A DNA stretch of 57,357 bases, counting the filler, from Platydemus manokwari (Eukaryota): assembly GCA_037951405.1 (NCBI GenBank). It is 5 parts of 5 records of this genome, joined end to end, with 100 filler letters (N's around TTAATTAATTAA, not from the genome) between each part and the next. Parts side by side here need not be neighbours in the genome. Positions count along the whole stretch, not along the records: positions 43,392 to 57,357 come from JBBMOY011563633.1; 4 more parts are not named here. One strand, 5' to 3'. Of this stretch, positions 51,461-57,357 are shown one piece after another; positions within the stretch are counted from its first letter, which is position 1, and each line of letters starts with the position of its first letter. The position numbers and the translations under genes were made by a program. The notes below the pieces were generated by a model, which saw only the letters and a list, made by a program, of their open reading frames with translations, ran no database searches and was not told the origin of the DNA.

Positions 51461-52420
51461 AAAGGTAAAAAATGTTATAATTATAATTCCAAAATACGAT
51501 ATCCGGAATAAATATTTTGGCTTCACTATAAGTTTCTCGAATTTCACTCATTAATTTGTAATTTAAATATTTTGAATCGTAATCAATTTTTTTTTGAATT
51601 TTTGCATTCACTATTTTATGATGTTATTGTCCTATGATTTGAGTTCTACCCTGAATTTGTTTCTGAATTCTCGATTCCAAAGATGAACTATTTGCAAGGA
51701 ATTGCGTAATTTAAAGTCATAGAATGTATTTATACAGAAAGTAGTTTTCTAGAAATTGAGAATTTATGAAGATAAATTACTAATAATAGATTTATTCACA
51801 GTCACATGATTACTTGTTTTAATATTTAGTTGCTTGATACCGATTTTAAATATATTTTTTCTATTACTGTTACTAGTGACAAATCTGTGAAAATTAATGC
51901 TGATACCTAGACTCCATAGGAAGACGCATGATAATGTTGGGGTTTATATGCTTTAAGTTTACGCTTTAAGTCTAAGATCTGAGGTTATCGCGAGTCGATT
52001 CTATCCCAATTTATGTGTTCAATATTTATTATTGTTTTCATAACACCTGACTCCAAAGATGCTGTGTATAACTATGCTATGAAACAAACAGTTTATTAGA
52101 AATATATATATTCAAATAATAAATTACAATCTATTCAAATAATCAAATACAATCTATGAATAAATTAAGTTTGATAAAACGTTTTAATAATGACAAATAA
52201 CCAGGCTTAGGGGGTTTTCCTAATTTACGCTTAATTAAGACTTAAAGATTTTACTGACTCTATATAGATAGAGCGTGTGATTTTAGATGTGGTCTCTTAG
52301 GTTTCCCGGTAAGAGTTCTAAGTTACTAATTTGTTGGAGGTTAGGCCTACGTGGAACCGTAACCTCTTAGACCAGATTTGTTTTATATTTTATATTTTAG
52401 TAACGTTTCTACTTGTTTCA

Positions 52421-53013
52421 TTAATTTGTCTCGACATTCCATCCTATCGACATCAGTTTATAACAATCTATCCAGATACCAATATCATACTTGATCCATT
52501 GAGAAAACATTTGTTTGCGACCTAAATCATTAATAAACGATGGGAAATGTCCCTGGTTATTACCAAGATCATTCCATAATGCATTACAAAGTCTGATAAT
52601 TCTATCAAACATCAATATTTCCAGAGAAATCTCACTTTTAATTATTTCAGTATGAGTTTCCAAATAGCGATTGAGAACACCTAATCCATCAGAGGGACCA
52701 AATAAAGGACATTTATTATCTTGATTAAATGAACACTCTGATACAGATAAGGCAGTTTCCATTAATTGATTTTTATAATCAATATTTTGCGATTTACTAT
52801 AATTACATCGCATAACCATGAGGGCATTTGGTGTCATTCTTGTCAATGATTCTGTAAATGATACCAATTTATTACTAGCAGTATTAATCTTGAAGAATTT
52901 CAATCCACGTGACATTTTGTTTCTTGATATATGAAATCCAACTCGAAATCGATTGCCTTGTATCAAAGCAACATTGTTGGAATATTTTTTATGGACATCA
53001 AAAGTTACGCTAG
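52421..53013 (-). CDS. NUP98: Nup96 region exon of nucleoporin Nup98-96 (isolated fragment)
   Basis: VALIQGNRFRVGF resembles Nup96 MALFMGRSFRVGW. IIRLCNALWNDL...GRKQMFSQWI resembles VWTLCEALWGHL...RRRAFSRWL. Acceptor ttcttAG ends at 53014. Confidence 0.75.
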
Positions 53014-56000
53014 CTAAGAAAAGAAATTTGCAAATCAATAATAGATAATGAATTATTTCAGATGAATTAATCGATAAATCACTTGAATAACAATTTATAA
53101 TAAAATATTTTCTATTTGTGATATTTTTTCGAAAATAAGATTATAAACACGAGATTTTAATATTCGATCAGTTATATGAATATTTATCATTAAAAATGTA
53201 TTTTATTAGTTATAATTATAACAATACTAATATAAAGCTCGATAATATTCTATCAAGTATTGTTATTTCTTACCCATTATCATAATAATCATGAAGATCT
53301 ATGAAAAAATTTTTTAACTAATCATATATTTATAAATCCAGAAACATTATTATAACTGAACAAGATAAAAGGCAGTTACAATGGGTAGTCTTTTAAAGAC
53401 AGTTTCATCTGATTCAAATAGATTAAAATATAAGTTTGCTTTTTTTGTGTACTGCTTTAAGATGTTTCAGAACGAAAGCACTTGATATCATTAAAGTCCG
53501 CTGAATCCAATATGTTGTGTGTGAACGGTGAAGTTCAATTCATGACACAGAGAACCGCTAGACAGTTCTAGTTCTGACAAATTGCTACTTCACAGGAGCC
53601 ATTTTTCAAAAATTTTATCAGCCGTTCTTGTTTTTGAATTGGTAAAGTACACTTCAATATCAAAGGACAACACAATATTTGACGAAACTCCACTACTAGA
53701 CATTGTATAATACATAGAGATACTTGAATATTTTTCTTTTTGATAATCAGTTTTATTCGATTTGGATGATTAAGAGAGCCATAACTTATACGTGCACCAG
53801 CGAAGACCACTTACCGTCACTAATTGTCCTACCATCATAGCTTAATATTCATGTTAGAAATGTAAGATATAAGAATCAATTATGGATCAATTATGGTGAT
53901 CTTAATGGACCACTTAATCACTGAAATAAAGATAATAAAAAAGATCAATGCTGAAGGAAATTTGAAACAATGGTAACATAAGTACTAAATAAAGGAAATT
54001 CCCAAAAACATTATAAAATACCATAAACAATCCACTCCTTATTAGCAGCAACAAATACTGCTCTTTTATTCCAGTTTATACCAAGTCGCGTTCATAAGAA
54101 AGTCGACTATCTGAGAGAACGATAAGTCAGACATAAAATTAAATTTTGTTTAAATTTTAATTATTCTTTATTGCAACACCGAAAATAATTATCATTATAC
54201 AACTCTCTTTCATTGAAAATAAACATAGAATAAACACAAATATCATTAATTCTCATCAAATAATTATATTTCATCAATAAACAATAACCAAGCACACACA
54301 ACGACAACTAAAGGCAAATAAATAATAAGGAATATAAACAAATAAAATAAGTTAAAAATACTGATGTAAACGGTGGCATAAAGCAAAAATAACTCCGAAA
54401 AGAGCAAAATATGTTTGAAGACGACTTTAAGAATGACAAGCACCTACTACAATGGGTAAATTATTTAGTGACATCAATCCATGTAAGGGAGTTGATTATC
54501 ACGTTGCACATAAAGATGGAGCCATATACAAGTAGGTCACCCACGTCTTTCGCTTCTAACTCAAAATATTCAATGTATTACTTTATTTGAATTAAAGTCG
54601 ATTCAATTAGCCAAGACAATAATATTTTTATTAAACTTTTCAGGACACTACAGTTACGACATTACATATTCAATAACTATGTTCATCCTTGCTTTTCAGT
54701 TATCGATTTGTTTCAACAATAATATCGAATCGATTGGAATATTAGTAACATGTAACCCAAAATTTGTTAGATATTAGATTATTGATTATTAGAGCAATAA
54801 TCAAATTCTTCTCACATTATACGTGACCAGGTAATACCAAATTAATCCCATCAATGTAACGAATCTAAATACATATAATAGGAAGTTCTTGTGAGAATGA
54901 AATTTCGAAGTTGAAAACCAGACATGTGTACAAATCTCGAACTCATTGATATAAAGAACTCTAGTTAATCCAAATCGTCTATAATCAATAAAATTAGTCC
55001 AAATTAAACCTTTATTGTACAATGGCAGCTACGAACAGTTTGCTGTTTTTAGGCATAATAAGTCGATGGAAATCATGCAATCAAATTAGCGCAAATAAGT
55101 AGAATTGTCGATTTAAATTGAAAACCTGTCACACTACTGTGTTATATTTATAATTAAGGAATAATACTGTGCGATTCATAAGGGTCCGTCTCTAAAACTA
55201 AAATAAAACAAAACATAATGTAATTTATACTCATTGATATTAATTATTATTTACTCATTGATATTCACTTATTAATGCACTTTATTTCTTATTAATCAGT
55301 TGCATTATTACAATATGGTGGTAGCAGCTGGTGATGTTAAATTTTCGCTTCCGAATAATCTTTATAGTTAGCCATACAATAGTATACCAGAATAGTACCA
55401 AAGCTTAGCAATAATTTCAACATTTCAATCGTGCACCACCAGATAGGAAAACAGTGCAATACTGGAAACTTATCCACTAAGTTGTGATAAGGAAGACCAT
55501 CGGATGAAATCATGAAGAAAAAGGAGGTAAATTTTGTAAAAGAAAGATGGCACAAATCAACGAGAAACTGCACGAGTGTATATGACTTCACAAACTTCTG
55601 TTCACAAATATCTCAAGGAAGAAAAAAAAACCTTTCAAATATCATTTTAATCAAGCATTGGGAGACGAAGACTTATGAATCGCACGGTATATTAAACAAG
55701 CGAACCACTCTTACCTAATGTAGCACACGCGTTCAATGTAAAGAATTACGTTATTCGGAGAAACATGGGAAAGGAGCCCTGTGGAATGCATGACAAGGAT
55801 AATAGAATGAAATTTCTAAGTTTCAAGATAATTCAGTACGGTAAACACGGAATGTCACGATTCTAAAAATATAAACCTTATGCAAGAAAAGTATCCATTT
55901 AGAAAAAATAGATAATCAAAGTGAGAAAACGCCTAAACTAGCTAATAGATATGAAAAATTATATGAAAAATCTTTATTAAATACTAATAAACTATTAAAA

Positions 56001-56759
56001 ACCGTCAACCTTCAGAATGAAAATATGAGGTTGATAGTGTTATTAAATAAAAAGGATATTTTTTTTCAATAAAAATAATCCTTTAAGGATATGTTGATAT
56101 TATAAACCTTAATATCTAAAAAAACTATTTCGTTGTTTTAAGCGATTGACAAAAAAGAACATTAAATTTTCCATATATTGAATAGGAGCAATATAATTGG
56201 ATTCAAATTACTTTTATTATCGATATACTAAACTGGAATCCTTTTCTTGACGATAAGAAATGTTTCCTTTCGTCTTATATAATATTAAAAATCAAACATT
56301 TAAGATCTTTTTGGATTCATGTATGTTATTCCAATTTTATATTCTGAATTTTTATTTGATTTAGCATTTTCAAATCGCACTCGAAAAGAAAACGATCAAC
56401 GCTGGAAAATATCAAACATGGTGCATATCATATTGAAATATTCACTCGATTTGTAACAAATATAACTGCTGTTGAAAAGATGCATATCTGTTAAACTAAT
56501 TTTGGCTATTTTATATATATAATATTTCCTGTTTTATTTTTATATTTTTCTTTTCCTATAACTACATAAATATGCTTCAAAATTAGTCACACAAGTAGAA
56601 AAGATTGAGATTTTATAATATTTTTTTTACAATTTTTGTAAACATATTTCAGTCTTTCTTTAATTTACATTTCTCTACTTGAAGTTTAATTTTTTTTTAC
56701 TTGAATTTAAATACTGATATTATAATTTACGATAAAAATATTTATAATAAACCTCTAAC

Positions 56760-57074
56760 CGAGATAATTCTTAAATTTTGCAAAGAGATAAGGCATTTTT
56801 ATAGAACTCAAATCTCTCATATGGTTAGGAATATAAATATGCTTGACCATCGATTGATTGATTGATTTAACAGGCTTTGTTGGTGCAACATGCTCAATGG
56901 CTAAGGGTTTTATTGGAAGTTTATCACTTGGATTTGTTTTCATTCTATCGTCATAAATCAATGCCAAACTCGAATTTCGACTATCGTTTCGCATGCTATA
57001 TTGAGATGAAACGAGAATGCTTTCACCCATTTCACATGTTTGCAATTTCTTTGGTCTCGGTTGACCTTTATGTG
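56760..57074 (-). CDS. Internal exon of an unidentified host gene
   Basis: 315 nt open between ttttAG and GTTAGA, phase 1-1: HKGQPRPKKLQTCEMGES...FAKFKNYL. Confidence 0.45.
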
Positions 57075-57357
57075 CTAAAATGAATAATATCCATCATAAA
57101 TGATTGAATGAGATATTATAAACATTTGTATGAAATTTTAAAAAAATATATGCAAGTCATGATGAGAATTGGAAACATTGAAATAAATAATTACCATATT
57201 TCATAACTTGACAATTAAATATAATTTGAGTTGAAAAAATAAAATTACATTTTTCGATTCTTTGATCATTCTTTTGATTATTGTTCGAATCTTCATTAAT
57301 CGATTGACAATTATTTATTTCTTCATCACTATCATAATTATAAATGGATTGTTTTAT

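Noticed and set aside
53400-55900. Possible decayed genes (LamG-like SDGKWS, hydrophobic stretches)
   Set aside because: Fragments too short and inconsistent to assign strand or family.

Overview
AT-rich eukaryotic (metazoan) DNA with short GT-AG introns. A planarian-like flatworm is a plausible source, but this is inference only. The window is not one continuous locus. Four 100-nt spacers (44 N + TTAATTAATTAA + 44 N) join five contigs: 1-9106, 9207-18198, 18299-31496, 31597-43291 and 43392-57357. Host content: two tandem Ig-domain single-pass membrane genes, an exon with delta1-protocadherin-like RVTF and DSGIDS motifs, a micro-exon coiled-coil gene, a Nup96 exon, and decayed GPCR, F-type lectin/PAN and cadherin-like relics. 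Mobile content: a mariner with both TIRs and TA duplications, a second mariner fragment, two Ty3/Gypsy relics, a decayed Polinton/Maverick segment (pPolB, gasderminX-like ORF, integrase) and a second pPolB fragment. The most notable element is a non-LTR retrotransposon whose single ORF carries two tandem Ulp1-type (C48) cysteine protease domains upstream of the RT. The Polinton segment also has a cluster of cGNAg mini-hairpins and a 43-bp AGTAGT-type fold-back at its edge. All calls come from manual translation and motif recognition; no searches were run.
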